This document shows, piece after piece, positions 26,861-36,368 of a DNA stretch of 64,000 nucleotides. Under the pieces are notes generated by a model. The model was given only the letters and a program-made list of their open reading frames with translations, ran no database searches and was not told the origin of the DNA. The position numbers and the translations under genes were made by a program. Source of the stretch: an uncultured Spirochaetales bacterium (lineage in GTDB: Bacteria; Myxococcota_A; UBA9160; UBA6930); contig CAZCTH010000009.1 in NCBI GenBank assembly GCA_964501435.1, positions 9,747-73,746 on the forward strand, given 5' to 3'. Within the stretch, counting starts at the first letter, position 1. Every line of letters begins with the position of its first letter.

Positions 26861-27553
26861 ATGGACGGCATTCACGACCTCGGGGGCAAGCACGGCTTCG
26901 GCGCGGTGGTGCGCGAGCCGGGCGAGCCCGTGTTCCACGCGAAGTGGGAGGCGCGGGTGTTCGCCGTGATGCGCGGGCTCGGCGGCGTCGCGGTCGCGAG
27001 CTCCGATCACTTCCGCCACGGCATCGAGCGCATCCTACCCGAGGCCTACTTGCGGCACGGCTATTACGGCCGCTGGCTCGGCGGCCTCGAAACGCTCGCC
27101 ATCGAGGCCGGCGTGGTCGACGCCGCGGCGATCGAGGCGCGCATGCGCGAGCGGGGCGTCGAGCCTTCGCGGTGTGTGGCGGCCGGCGCCGCGGTACGCG
27201 GCGCGCGTCCGCCTGCGCTCGATCGCGCGCCGCTCGGCCGCGGCGCCGCGCGCGCGCTCGCGGCACCGCCGCGATTCGCGCTGGGCGATCGCGTGCGCAC
27301 GAGCCGCTTCCCGGTGCCGGGCCACACGCGGTTGCCCGCCTACGCGCGGGGACGTGTGGGCGCGGTCGTCGCGCTGCATGGCGGCTGGGTGTTCCCCGAC
27401 GACAACGCGCACGGGCGCGGCGAGTCGCCGTGCCACCTGTACACCGTGGCGTTCGCGGGCGAAGAGCTGTGGGGCACGACCGCCGAGCCGAACGCCGAGG
27501 TGCGCCTCGACTTGTTCGAGCCCTACCTGCACACCGCGGGAGGAAGCGCATGA
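26861..27553 (+). CDS. nthB: Nitrile hydratase beta subunit
   Basis: Canonical N-terminus [14 protein letters not shown]. ..[11 protein letters not shown].. and a C-terminal SH3-like region ..[31 protein letters not shown]... The stop overlaps the alpha start (ATGA). Confidence 0.9.
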   Translation: MDGIHDLGGKHGFGAVVREPGEPVFHAKWEARVFAVMRGLGGVAVASSDHFRHGIERILPEAYLRHGYYGRWLGGLETLAIEAGVVDAAAIEARMRERGVEPSRCVAAGAAVRGARPPALDRAPLGRGAARALAAPPRFALGDRVRTSRFPVPGHTRLPAYARGRVGAVVALHGGWVFPDDNAHGRGESPCHLYTVAFAGEELWGTTAEPNAEVRLDLFEPYLHTAGGSA

Positions 27554-28161
27554 CCGATCACGACGAGCACGACGCGCCGGACACCGTGGCGGCGCGCGCC
27601 GAGGCGCTCGAGTCGCTGCTGATCGAGCGCGGCCTGCTGCGCCCCGAGGCGGTCGACGAGGTGATCGCCCTCTACACCGAGCGCACCGGCCCGATGAACG
27701 GCGCCCGCGTGGTCGCGCGCGCTTGGGTGTCGCCCGCGTTCCGCGCCGCGCTGCTCGCCGACGCCACCGCGGCGGTAGCCGGCTTCGGGTTCGAGGGCGG
27801 CGAGATGCAGAAGCTCGTGGTCGTCGAGAACACGCGGGACGTCCACAACGTCGTCGTGTGCACGCTCTGCAGTTGTTATCCCTGGGCTGTCCTCGGCCTG
27901 CCGCCGCGCTGGTACAAGGATCCGGCCTACCGCTCGCGCGTGGTGCGCGAGCCGCGCGCGGTGCTCGCCGAGTTCGGGCTCCAGCTTTCGCCCTCGCGCG
28001 CGGTGCGGGTGTGGGACTCGTCGGCGGAGGTGCGTTACCTGGTGCTGCCGCAGCGCCCGCCCGGCACCGAGCACCTCGACGAAGGCGCCCTCGCGGCCCT
28101 CGTGACGCGCGACGCGATGATCGGCGTCGCCGAGGTCGCGCCCCCGAGCTCGACCCGATGA
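27550..28161 (+). CDS. nthA: Nitrile hydratase alpha subunit, cobalt type
   Basis: The metal-binding claw [10 protein letters not shown] (Thr and Tyr are typical of Co-type enzymes; Fe-type has CSLCSCT). ..[16 protein letters not shown].. and ..[17 protein letters not shown]... Confidence 0.9.
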   Translation: MTDHDEHDAPDTVAARAEALESLLIERGLLRPEAVDEVIALYTERTGPMNGARVVARAWVSPAFRAALLADATAAVAGFGFEGGEMQKLVVVENTRDVHNVVVCTLCSCYPWAVLGLPPRWYKDPAYRSRVVREPRAVLAEFGLQLSPSRAVRVWDSSAEVRYLVLPQRPPGTEHLDEGALAALVTRDAMIGVAEVAPPSSTR

Positions 28162-28589
28162 CCGCGTCCACGCAGTTCGCGCTCGATCGCCTGCGCGGCA
28201 CCGCCGCGCCGCCGCAGGCGAATGGCGAGCCCGTGTTCGCGAATCCCACGGAGGCGCGCCTCTTCGGCATGGCCCACGCGCTCGCCGCGGCGGGCGTGTT
28301 CGACTGGGACGAATTCCGCGACGCCCTCATCGACGCGCTCGCACGCGACGCGGCGGCCGGTGCACCGTTCGACTACTACCGCAGCTTCGCCAGCGCCCTC
28401 GAACGGCGGGTGCTCGAGGCAGGCGCCGTAAAGCGCGCGGACCTCGACGCGCGGGCGGCCGCGGTGGTCGCAGCGGCGGTCGACGCCGGTCACGACCACG
28501 ACCATGACCACGATCACCCACACGTAGCGACGACGACGGCGCCACCCGGAGCGCACGGCGCGTGCGAGCGGTCGAGAGGCGACGACTGA
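28158..28589 (+). CDS. Nitrile hydratase accessory/activator protein with His/Asp-rich tail
   Basis: Start overlaps the alpha stop (ATGA). ..[38 protein letters not shown].. is typical of NHase accessory proteins. The C-terminal part contains [12 protein letters not shown]. Confidence 0.75.
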   Translation: MTASTQFALDRLRGTAAPPQANGEPVFANPTEARLFGMAHALAAAGVFDWDEFRDALIDALARDAAAGAPFDYYRSFASALERRVLEAGAVKRADLDARAAAVVAAAVDAGHDHDHDHDHPHVATTTAPPGAHGACERSRGDD

Positions 28590-28599
28590 GCGGTGCTTC

Positions 28600-30549
28600 C
28601 TAAGGAATCGCCGGCGCGCACGACTGGCGGACGGTCGCGGTCGAAGGCACCAGCAGCGCGCGCGTCACGATCACGGCGTCTGCGGTACTGCACGCGGAGC
28701 TCCCGCCGACGTCGCAGAGATCGGGCCGGGCGAGGGTCGCGGTCGGCGGGACGAGCAGGGCGCGCGTGATCAGCACCGCATCGGTGGTGGTCACGGAGCC
28801 ATCGCCGGTCACGTCGCCGCACTGACAGGCGTCGCCGATCCCGTCCGCGCCCGCCGAAGCGCCGATTCCGCCCACGTCGCTCTGGCTTGCGTTCGCGAAA
28901 TGCAGGCAGTTGTCGATCGGGTCCTCGACGCCGTCGCCATCGGAGTCCGGGGCAGACTCGTCGTCGTCGGCCGAGTCCGTGCAGCCCGGATCGAACGGAT
29001 AGTCGGCGCGCCCGTCGCCGTCGTTGTCGATGCCGTCGGAGCACGCGGGCGGCCCGGCCTCGTAGGCGCCCGCATCGCAGCCCGCGCGCTGCGGCCGCTG
29101 CACCTCGCGCTGGTCGATCGCCAACGGCACCGGCGCGGTACCGGGATCGCCGTCGTCGTCGACGACGCAGTCGGCAGTGGGCACCCAGTCGATCGCCGGG
29201 CTGCCCGCGAGGAGCGCGTGAGTTCGCGTGGGGCCGCCGTTGTCGGCGAGGGGGGCGACGCGGACATCGAGCGGTGCAGCAGAAGTGCCGAAGGCATCCG
29301 TCGCGGTGGGAGCGCAGTTGTCGGCAATGTCGATGAGGTTGTAGCCGTCGGAAGTGAAGTCGTCCGTCGTTCCGCCGCATGCGAGCGGCTGCCCAGCCGC
29401 GGAGTTTCCGACTATGAGCGAGGCGCGGATTCGAAGACCCGAGAGAGTGGTCGGGAAGGGCCAAACGTTGTCAGCGATCGTCGAGAACTCGATGACTGCA
29501 GGGTGGAACTCGCCACGATTCCCCGAGATTGTCGAGTTGATTACGGCGATGGCGCTTCCGAACATCTCGTCGGCGTCGTTGTTTGTGACGAGAGAGTCCC
29601 GAAGGATTCTGGCCGCGAGGAGTTGGAAACCGCCGTCGTTATCCCGGAACTCACAAGAGCGGATCTCCGTGGCGGTCACAACGAGCCCGCCTTGGGTCCA
29701 GTTCGCGTCAAACAGGGAGTCCTCGAGGGTTCCACCCCCGGAGACGGCGGCGCCAACGTCGGAGGTTGCGTTCCCGATGAACTGTGAGCGCCTAACGATC
29801 AACTCAGCGGGAAGTCCTTCGACCTCGATCGCACCTCCGTCATCAGCAACGTTGCCAATGAAGATGCTGTCCTCAACCGAAAGATCCCGCGCCTGTATGG
29901 CACCCCCATCACCCGCGGCATCCACCGAGCGATTGTTGAAGAACCGGCTGCGCGCAACTGCGACGGCGGGGGTCGACGCATAGACCGCGCCACCACCTGG
30001 AGAGATCGAGTACCCGATATTGCGTGCGAAGAACGAATCCTCGAGCACCAACGAGTCTCCATCGGACCGAATCGCCGCACCTGCGCCTTCATCGGAGTCA
30101 TATCCCGCCCAAGTGTCGCTGATCGTTAGTCGCTGGACCGTCAGTCGCGACGCAAGCTGTCCGTGAAAGACGCGGCCGATGTCATTGGGCTCGCGCCAAT
30201 CGCCGTGAAGAACGACGTCGTCGGCAACGCCGCCGAGCCCGCGAATTACGAGCTCGTCAAAGACATCGATGTCTCCGGTAGCGGCCTGATCTTCGCCGAG
30301 CCCCGGAATCGTGAGACCATAGTCGCCCGCCGGGATTTCGATCACGTCCGGTCCCACGGTCGCGTTCGCTTCGATCACCGCGGCGCGCAGCGTGCAGACT
30401 CCACTCCCTGAAGCGCAGAGGCCGTCTCCGGGGCTCGCATCGATCTCGTCCGCGGTCGAGTCGACCAAGAACACGGCGCCACGAGCGGGCGAGCCCAGCC
30501 CGAGGGCAAGGGCGACGGTGGCGACGAGCGGGGCGATCAGGCGGAGCAT
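28600..30549 (-). CDS. Secreted right-handed beta-helix protein (choice-of-anchor-Q-like) with Ca-binding/dockerin-like C-terminal repeats
   Basis: Start MLRLIAPLVATVALALGLGSPARG (cat 30547-30549). ..VDSTADEIDASPGDGLCASGSGVCTLRAAVIEAN.. is followed by many short beta-helix-like repeats. Then ..CSDGIDNDGDGRADYPFDPGC.., DSDGDGVEDPIDNC and two GDV(T)GDG..T..DA..I.RALL dockerin-like segments. Confidence 0.75.
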   Translation of the reverse strand: MLRLIAPLVATVALALGLGSPARGAVFLVDSTADEIDASPGDGLCASGSGVCTLRAAVIEANATVGPDVIEIPAGDYGLTIPGLGEDQAATGDIDVFDELVIRGLGGVADDVVLHGDWREPNDIGRVFHGQLASRLTVQRLTISDTWAGYDSDEGAGAAIRSDGDSLVLEDSFFARNIGYSISPGGGAVYASTPAVAVARSRFFNNRSVDAAGDGGAIQARDLSVEDSIFIGNVADDGGAIEVEGLPAELIVRRSQFIGNATSDVGAAVSGGGTLEDSLFDANWTQGGLVVTATEIRSCEFRDNDGGFQLLAARILRDSLVTNNDADEMFGSAIAVINSTISGNRGEFHPAVIEFSTIADNVWPFPTTLSGLRIRASLIVGNSAAGQPLACGGTTDDFTSDGYNLIDIADNCAPTATDAFGTSAAPLDVRVAPLADNGGPTRTHALLAGSPAIDWVPTADCVVDDDGDPGTAPVPLAIDQREVQRPQRAGCDAGAYEAGPPACSDGIDNDGDGRADYPFDPGCTDSADDDESAPDSDGDGVEDPIDNCLHFANASQSDVGGIGASAGADGIGDACQCGDVTGDGSVTTTDAVLITRALLVPPTATLARPDLCDVGGSSACSTADAVIVTRALLVPSTATVRQSCAPAIP

Positions 30550-30679
30550 CGACGGTTCTCCAGCGCTGCACCCGGATCTCACGATCATGGCAGACTCCGG
30601 CCGAGGCGCGGCTCGCATTGTGCGCGAGAGAAGAGCGGCGCCCCGAGTGCCGTCCGCCCACCGTCCCCCCGGAGTCCCC

Positions 30680-31627
30680 ATGCGTTGGCCCCTTCGCATC
30701 CTCGGCGCAGTCGTGCTGCTCGCGCTCGTCGCGCTGGCCGTGCGCGTCGTCCCCGCGCATCTCCAGGTGCGTCGTGTCCACCCGCGCCTCCCCACCGCCG
30801 ACGAGCTGCGCACGCTGCTCGCGGTTCCGAGCGGGCCGACTTCGCTGCGGACCGTGGTCACGTCGTCGCAACCGCTCTCGCGCGGCACGATCGCGCACAG
30901 CGTGTTTCTCGCGGAGTGGGCGGATGGCGCGCTGTTCGAGGTCGACGCCGGAATGGATGCGGCCGCGGCGCTCGAGTTCGGCGAGCTGCTGAAGACGATG
31001 TCGGGCGGCGGCGCGGTGGTGCCCGGCGGCACGGTGCCGGAGCGGATCGGCGCTGCGGTTTCGCGCGTGCGCGGGCTCGGCTTCACGCACCTGCACATCG
31101 ATCACACCCAGGGCGTCCAGGCGCTCTGCGCCGCGGGGCCGGCGCCCGGGGCGCGCATCCATCAGGGCAGGGCGCAGGCGACGCTCACGGATCCGAACAC
31201 GAAGGAAGGCGCGGGAATCGTCTCCGCCTCGTGTTTCGAGAAGTCCGTCGCGGGCGAGGAGGGGCTGCTCACGATCGCGGAGTTCCCGGGCATGGCGCTC
31301 GTGCCCCTCGGCGGTCACACCGCCTGCTCGACGATGTTCGTCTTCGCGGTGAACGGCCACCTGTGGTTGTTGTCCGGCGACACCACGAACACGCGTAAAG
31401 CGCTGCTTACGAACACCGGCAAGGGGTTCCTATACAGCGGGCTGCTCGTGCCGGAGGACACCGCGCGCACGGAAGCGCTGCGCCGGTACCTCGCGGCGCT
31501 CGACGCGGAGGAAGACATCACCGTCGTGGTGTCGCACGATCTCGAAGCGCTGCGCGCGAGCGGCCTGCCCGAGTGGTCGCCTGCCGGGCCGGCCATCGCT
31601 CAGGTGCCGGCGATCCGAGGCCGATGA
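30680..31627 (+). CDS. MBL-fold metallo-hydrolase with N-terminal TM anchor
   Basis: MRWPLRILGAVVLLALVALAV, then the HxHxDH motif (FTHLHIDHTQG) and later ..GGHTACS.. and ..VVSHD... Confidence 0.75.
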   Translation: MRWPLRILGAVVLLALVALAVRVVPAHLQVRRVHPRLPTADELRTLLAVPSGPTSLRTVVTSSQPLSRGTIAHSVFLAEWADGALFEVDAGMDAAAALEFGELLKTMSGGGAVVPGGTVPERIGAAVSRVRGLGFTHLHIDHTQGVQALCAAGPAPGARIHQGRAQATLTDPNTKEGAGIVSASCFEKSVAGEEGLLTIAEFPGMALVPLGGHTACSTMFVFAVNGHLWLLSGDTTNTRKALLTNTGKGFLYSGLLVPEDTARTEALRRYLAALDAEEDITVVVSHDLEALRASGLPEWSPAGPAIAQVPAIRGR

Positions 31628-31653
31628 CTCCTCCAACCCGAGGAGGGCTTCGG

Positions 31654-31857
31654 ATGCGACGACACGCGCGTACTTGGATCACGACGTTGGCCTTGGGGCT
31701 CACGGTCGGCGGCTGCCTGCCGTGCGTCCCCGGTGTACGGGTCGACGCTCCGCGGACCTCCGCCTGCCTCACCCGCGCGGACGCCGGATGCACGGAAGTG
31801 AATCGTGCGCCGCAGACGGCGGCGCGCGCTGCCGAAGGACGCACGGCGCTCCGCTAG
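31654..31857 (+). CDS. Putative small lipoprotein
   Basis: GAGGAGGG lies 7 nt upstream of ATG 31654. MRRHARTWITTLALGLTVGGC has a lipobox (L-T-V-G-G-C). An alternative ATG at 31624 overlaps the MBL stop. No homology recognised. Confidence 0.4.
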   Translation: MRRHARTWITTLALGLTVGGCLPCVPGVRVDAPRTSACLTRADAGCTEVNRAPQTAARAAEGRTALR

Positions 31858-31876
31858 CCGCCCGAACCGGCGCGGC

Positions 31877-33397
31877 TCACGCCCCGGCGATCCCCTCCGC
31901 GATCCGCCACGCCATCGCGCAGATCGAGTGCTGGGGATTCACGCCGAGGTTCGTCGGGAAGATCGAGGCATCCGCGACGTAGACGCCCGGCGCGCCGTGC
32001 ACCTCGCCGCGCAGACCGACGACGCTGGTGGTCGGGTCGGGGCCGAGCACGGCCGTACCGAACAGGTGCGAGGCGATGCCGTGGAAGAGGCGCGGGTCGT
32101 CGGGCAGGGCGTCGAGGGTGCGCAGCGCGTCCACGCTCGAGATGCGTTCGGGCATGCCGTGCACGCCGGGGAACACCTCGCGCGCGCCGGCGGCGAACAT
32201 CATCTCGACGAGGCGCCGCACGCCGAGCTTCAGGGTGTGCGCGTCCTCGTTCGTCAGGTCGAAGGCGATCGACGCGCCGCCGAAGAGCCCGCGCGAGACG
32301 CGCCCGTGGGCGCGCGCGCGGATCTGCACGCCCCACATCGCGACGCGCTCGAAGTCGGCGAGGTTCCGCATCAAAGTCGGGCCGAAGCCGGGGATGCGCA
32401 CGGCCGCGAGCTCGAGAGGCATGCCCACGGACTCGAGCTTCATGCGCTCGTGCCACCAGTGCGTGCTCTCGTAGCCCTGGGTCGCGCCGAACCACATGCG
32501 CACGGGCTCGTCGAAGAGCCCGCCGATCCCCGTGCCCGGGTGGGCCTGGAGCCGGCGGCCGAGCAGGCCGCTGGCGCCTCCGAGGCCGCTCGACCGTAAC
32601 AACAACGGCGTGTGGATCGCGCCCGCGGCGACCACGATCGCGCGGCGCGCGCGCAGGCGGAGCTTCGGGCCGCGGCGGCGCGTCTCGGGATCGACGAAGG
32701 TGCCCTCGACCGTTGCCTCGGCGCCGCGCGCGGGCACGACGCGCTCCACGCGGCAGGTGGCATACACGCGCGCGCCGGCGGCGATCGCCTGCGGCACGTA
32801 GGAGACGTTCATGCTCTGGCGCCGCGCGCCCGGGCAGCCCTGGTTGCAGCGCGCGCTGCCGTCGCAGTCGCGCACGTTGCGGCGGATGCGGTTGCCCGGC
32901 ACGCCGAGCCGCGCGGCGCCGCGCTCCATGAAGGCGCTGTTGTTGCCGAGCACGGTGCTCGGCGCCGGCGCGACGAAGAGCTCGGCGTCGAGCCGATCCC
33001 AGATGCGGCTCAGACCGGCGTAGTCGAAGAACGCGCCGAGCCCGTGCGCACGCTGCCACGTCGCGTGCACCTCCTCGGGCATGCGGTGCACGATCGCGCC
33101 GTTGATCGCGGTGGTGCCGCCCACGCACGAGCCCTGCAGCACGGGCATCAGCATGCGCCCGCGCGCCACCTGCATGCCGAGGTCGCGCCAGAGCCCCGTG
33201 AAGGCGCCGTACAAGTCTTGCGTGAGCGCCTCGGTGGGCACGTGCGGGCCCTCCTCGACGATCGCGACGTCGAGGCCGGCCTCGCTGAGCACTCGCGCGA
33301 CGGTGGCGCCGCCCGCGCCGGAGCCGACGATCACGACGTCGGCACTGCCGTGGACGTCGGCCGCGACGTCGCCGCACTGGACGATCCCGCCCGCCAT
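31877..33397 (-). CDS. GMC family FAD-dependent oxidoreductase
   Basis: Start MAGGIVQCGD.. (cat 33395-33397) overlaps the upstream gene's stop by 1 nt. FAD motif DVVIVGSGAGGATVARVLSEAG. C-terminal GMC signature ..GVYVADASIFPTNLGVNPQHSICAMA... Confidence 0.85.
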   Translation of the reverse strand: MAGGIVQCGDVAADVHGSADVVIVGSGAGGATVARVLSEAGLDVAIVEEGPHVPTEALTQDLYGAFTGLWRDLGMQVARGRMLMPVLQGSCVGGTTAINGAIVHRMPEEVHATWQRAHGLGAFFDYAGLSRIWDRLDAELFVAPAPSTVLGNNSAFMERGAARLGVPGNRIRRNVRDCDGSARCNQGCPGARRQSMNVSYVPQAIAAGARVYATCRVERVVPARGAEATVEGTFVDPETRRRGPKLRLRARRAIVVAAGAIHTPLLLRSSGLGGASGLLGRRLQAHPGTGIGGLFDEPVRMWFGATQGYESTHWWHERMKLESVGMPLELAAVRIPGFGPTLMRNLADFERVAMWGVQIRARAHGRVSRGLFGGASIAFDLTNEDAHTLKLGVRRLVEMMFAAGAREVFPGVHGMPERISSVDALRTLDALPDDPRLFHGIASHLFGTAVLGPDPTTSVVGLRGEVHGAPGVYVADASIFPTNLGVNPQHSICAMAWRIAEGIAGA

Positions 33398-33801
33398 CAG
33401 TGCATCCAGCGCGGCGGGGTCGCCGCGACGGGCGAGATGCCGGCCTGCCGCTGCACCTCGGGCACGCCGCAGTAGCCGAGACACGCGAGGGTCTTCAGCA
33501 GCACCGGCACCTCGCGGATCAAGTGGATGGGGCTCCGCGCGAGGGTCTCGAGCCACGCGACGCGCTCCTCGCCGGCGAGCGCCCCGAAGCCGAGTCGGCC
33601 GCGCAGCAGCGGGCCGAGCCACGCAACCCAGAGCGACGCGCGCACGCCGATCACCGCGAGGGGCGGCGCGCGGCGGAGCAGGTCGTCCAAGAAGCGATCC
33701 ATGGGGACGTCGCGGGCGCCGAGGGTGAGCCGCGCGTCCGCCTGAGCGGGGAGGATCGCGTCGAGTACCACGAGGAGCCATCGCCGCTCGAACGAAAACA
33801 C
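33397..33801 (-). CDS. Hypothetical protein, translationally coupled to the GMC oxidoreductase
   Basis: 134-aa ORF with good GC3. Its stop overlaps the GMC start. No motif recognised with confidence. Confidence 0.55.
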   Translation of the reverse strand: MFSFERRWLLVVLDAILPAQADARLTLGARDVPMDRFLDDLLRRAPPLAVIGVRASLWVAWLGPLLRGRLGFGALAGEERVAWLETLARSPIHLIREVPVLLKTLACLGYCGVPEVQRQAGISPVAATPPRWMH

Positions 33802-33881
33802 TGGCGCACTCTCCTGGCCGCCGTGGACGCGGGGCCCGCGGTAGCATCGCCGCGATCCTATCCAGAACGGGGGCTTCTTCG

Positions 33882-34259
33882 ATGCCGCAATTTCTCCTGA
33901 TCGGGCTCTGCGAGCCGCCGAGCCCCGAGAAGCAGGCGCAGTTCGACGAGTGGTTCGTCGGCCAACACATCGAAGACACCGCGCATTGCCCGAACTTCAT
34001 CCGCGGGCGCGTGTACAAGCTCGCCGGGCCTCACCTCGATGGCACCACCGTCTCCAAGTACATCTCGGTCTACGAGGTCGATGCGCCGAGCTACGCGGAG
34101 GCAGAGCGCGTGCTCAACGAGTGGCAGGCGAATCCCGACGCGTGGGCGGGGCGCCGCGCGCACCTCGCCACCGCGGCGCGCATGAACGGCATGCCGCTGA
34201 AGATCATCGGCTCGGGCTGGTACGAGCTGCTCGGGTCCTTCGACGGCCCGAAGGCCTGA
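33882..34259 (+). CDS. Hypothetical protein (125 aa)
   Basis: Clean ORF with coding-like composition (MPQFLLIGLCEPPSPEKQAQFDEWF..). Possibly a small alpha/beta-barrel (EthD-like) fold, but this is not established. Confidence 0.55.
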   Translation: MPQFLLIGLCEPPSPEKQAQFDEWFVGQHIEDTAHCPNFIRGRVYKLAGPHLDGTTVSKYISVYEVDAPSYAEAERVLNEWQANPDAWAGRRAHLATAARMNGMPLKIIGSGWYELLGSFDGPKA

Positions 34260-34273
34260 GAAACGCCGCCGCG

Positions 34274-34882
34274 ATGGAGCTCGAACGCGCGCTCGCCGAC
34301 GAGTCCCTGGGCCTCGCCGAGGTCGCGGAGGCGCTGGATCGCGCGACGCCCCGCGCGCGCCGCGAGGCCGTGCTCGATCTTCGCCGCGGCCCGCAGCGCC
34401 GCCTCTACCGCCTCGCGGAGAAGGCCCCCGCGCTCGCGCTCGACGACTTCGTTCCCCCCGAGCGCGCGCCGCGCGAAGCGGTGCGCCACTTCGGCCGCAA
34501 CACGTTGCCGCTGCCCGGCGCGCTGCGCTTCTTCGAGAAGCGCTTCAGCCGCCCCGCGGCGGGCGCGCCGCGCCTGTTCGGATACAACGAGACGCCGGTC
34601 GTGCGCCTCGTCGGCCCCGGCTACTTCGTCGCCGTGCCGACCGCGGGCACGCCCGCGTGGGAGCCGCGCGGCGCCGTGGTCGTCGACTACTTCCGCGTGC
34701 CGGACGACGCCGTGCCCGCCGACTGGCCGAGCGTCGTGCCCAACTCGCACGGGCTGCAGATCCTCGTCTACCACCACACGCGCGACTTCATGCGCCGGCT
34801 CTCGCGCCACGTGACGATCGGCGCGGCGTACAAGAACGAGCGCGCGCTCGACCACTACTTCGTGCTGGTGCGCGAGGACTGA
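34274..34882 (+). CDS. Hypothetical protein (202 aa)
   Basis: ATG 34274 within ORF 33950..34882. MELERALADESLG.. ..VRHFGRNTLPLPGALRFFEKRF.. ..VVDYFRVPDD... High GC3. No family recognised. Confidence 0.55.
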   Translation: MELERALADESLGLAEVAEALDRATPRARREAVLDLRRGPQRRLYRLAEKAPALALDDFVPPERAPREAVRHFGRNTLPLPGALRFFEKRFSRPAAGAPRLFGYNETPVVRLVGPGYFVAVPTAGTPAWEPRGAVVVDYFRVPDDAVPADWPSVVPNSHGLQILVYHHTRDFMRRLSRHVTIGAAYKNERALDHYFVLVRED

Positions 34883-34898
34883 AGCGGGCGACGCGTGG

Positions 34899-35447
34899 CT
34901 AGAACTCCGACGTGCCGTCCGTCGGCGTGCACGGGCCGACCGTGTCGAGCAGGTCCCAATTGAGCGTCGCGACGTTGAAGATTCCCGTCGGAGCGCAGTT
35001 GCCTGCGGTGATCCCGAGCGGTGGGCCGACGCCGGTCGCCGGATCAGGGTGGATGATCGCGAAGTCCGAGCGCGTGGCATCGCCATCGAGGTTGCCCTCG
35101 GCCTCGGCCGCGTAGGCGACGCCGGCCACCATCACGTCGTACTCGAAGAAGACCTCGCCTTCGGGCCGCCACCCCAGCAAGTCGAACGCGGAGCCCGCGA
35201 CCCACGGGCGCTTCGCCGGCACGGGCCCGCCGCCGGGGCGCGCGATGGGCTCGGCGACGTAGATCCCGTACTCCGCGAAGTATGAGGCCTCGGCCGTGCG
35301 GATCGACGCGAGGTTCGTCTTGGCCTCGCTCGTCTTGCTGCGCAGCTGGAAGCGCAAGAAGTTCGGGATCGCGATCGCCGCGAGAATCCCGATGATCGCG
35401 ACGACGATCATCAGCTCGATCAGGGTGAATCCGTGACGCGAACGCAT
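34899..35447 (-). CDS. Type IV pilin / pseudopilin (prepilin N-terminal methylation domain)
   Basis: MRSRHG-FTLIELMIVVAIIGILAAIAIPNF is a canonical class III signal and hydrophobic helix. No pil/gsp assembly genes are nearby. Confidence 0.85.
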   Translation of the reverse strand: MRSRHGFTLIELMIVVAIIGILAAIAIPNFLRFQLRSKTSEAKTNLASIRTAEASYFAEYGIYVAEPIARPGGGPVPAKRPWVAGSAFDLLGWRPEGEVFFEYDVMVAGVAYAAEAEGNLDGDATRSDFAIIHPDPATGVGPPLGITAGNCAPTGIFNVATLNWDLLDTVGPCTPTDGTSEF

Positions 35448-35522
35448 GGCGTCTCCGCAAGCGGAAGTGCGCCTTCGTTCGGCTGGGCGCGGCCCGCGCT
35501 TGATGGCGGGCGAGGCGGCTGA

Positions 35523-36368
35523 TTAGGCCCCGGCGTCCACCGCGAGCGCCTCGTAGCGCACCCGCCAGCGCTCGGGCGCCCCGCCGAAGCGAGCGGCGAG
35601 GGCGCGCACCATCGGCAGGTACTCGCGCGCCAGCGCCTGCGCGAGGGCGGGCGGTACGGGCGTGCTGCGGGCGGCGGCGTTCACCGCCGCGGGGTACCGG
35701 ATGCGCTCGGCCCAGGCGGGGTCGGCACCGAGAAAGGCCAGCAAATCCGCGGTGAAGCGCCGAGGGTCTTCGCGCAATGCCTCGAAGAACGCGAAGTGCA
35801 GCTGCGCGGGGGGAAACACCGCTTCGAGGCGCCGGATCGTGTCCCCGTACGCAGTGCGCGCGGCCACGGCGGGGCGCCGCGCGCGGACGAGGGCGCCCTC
35901 GAGCGGAAGCTCGCCCGGCGCACCGCCACGCTTCTCGTGAGCGTGATTGAGCGCAGACCAGGTGCGTGCGATCGGGTCGCGCATCACGAACACGATCTTC
36001 GCGTGGGGTGCGACCGCGTGGATACGGCGAATCACCGCCTCGCTCTGCGCCGCATACGCGGGCGTGATCTCGCCCGCGATCGCGCCGCGCCGTTGTGCGG
36101 CGGCGAACAGGGCCGCGTACCACGCGTCGCCGCGCGCGCCGAGCCAGTAGCGCAGTGCGAAGCCTGGCTGCGCGAGGCCCGCGAGGCCGACGCGCCCGCG
36201 CTCGTGGGCGTCGGCGAGCGTGCGGCGCAGGTGCAGCTTGTCGAAGTAGTGCAGCTCCTTCACGGGCGTGAGCCAGAGCTGCGGATGCTGCGCGAGCACG
36301 GCGTGGAGCCACGTGGTGCCGCTGCGCTGCGCGCCGACGACGACGAAGTCCGGACCGCGCGCCGTCAC
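35523..36368 (-). CDS. Sulfotransferase family protein
   Basis: The GTG start overlaps the upstream stop (GTGA). PSB loop ..FVVVGAQRSGTTWLH.. and ..KIVFVMRDPIARTWS... Confidence 0.75.
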   Translation of the reverse strand: MTARGPDFVVVGAQRSGTTWLHAVLAQHPQLWLTPVKELHYFDKLHLRRTLADAHERGRVGLAGLAQPGFALRYWLGARGDAWYAALFAAAQRRGAIAGEITPAYAAQSEAVIRRIHAVAPHAKIVFVMRDPIARTWSALNHAHEKRGGAPGELPLEGALVRARRPAVAARTAYGDTIRRLEAVFPPAQLHFAFFEALREDPRRFTADLLAFLGADPAWAERIRYPAAVNAAARSTPVPPALAQALAREYLPMVRALAARFGGAPERWRVRYEALAVDAGA

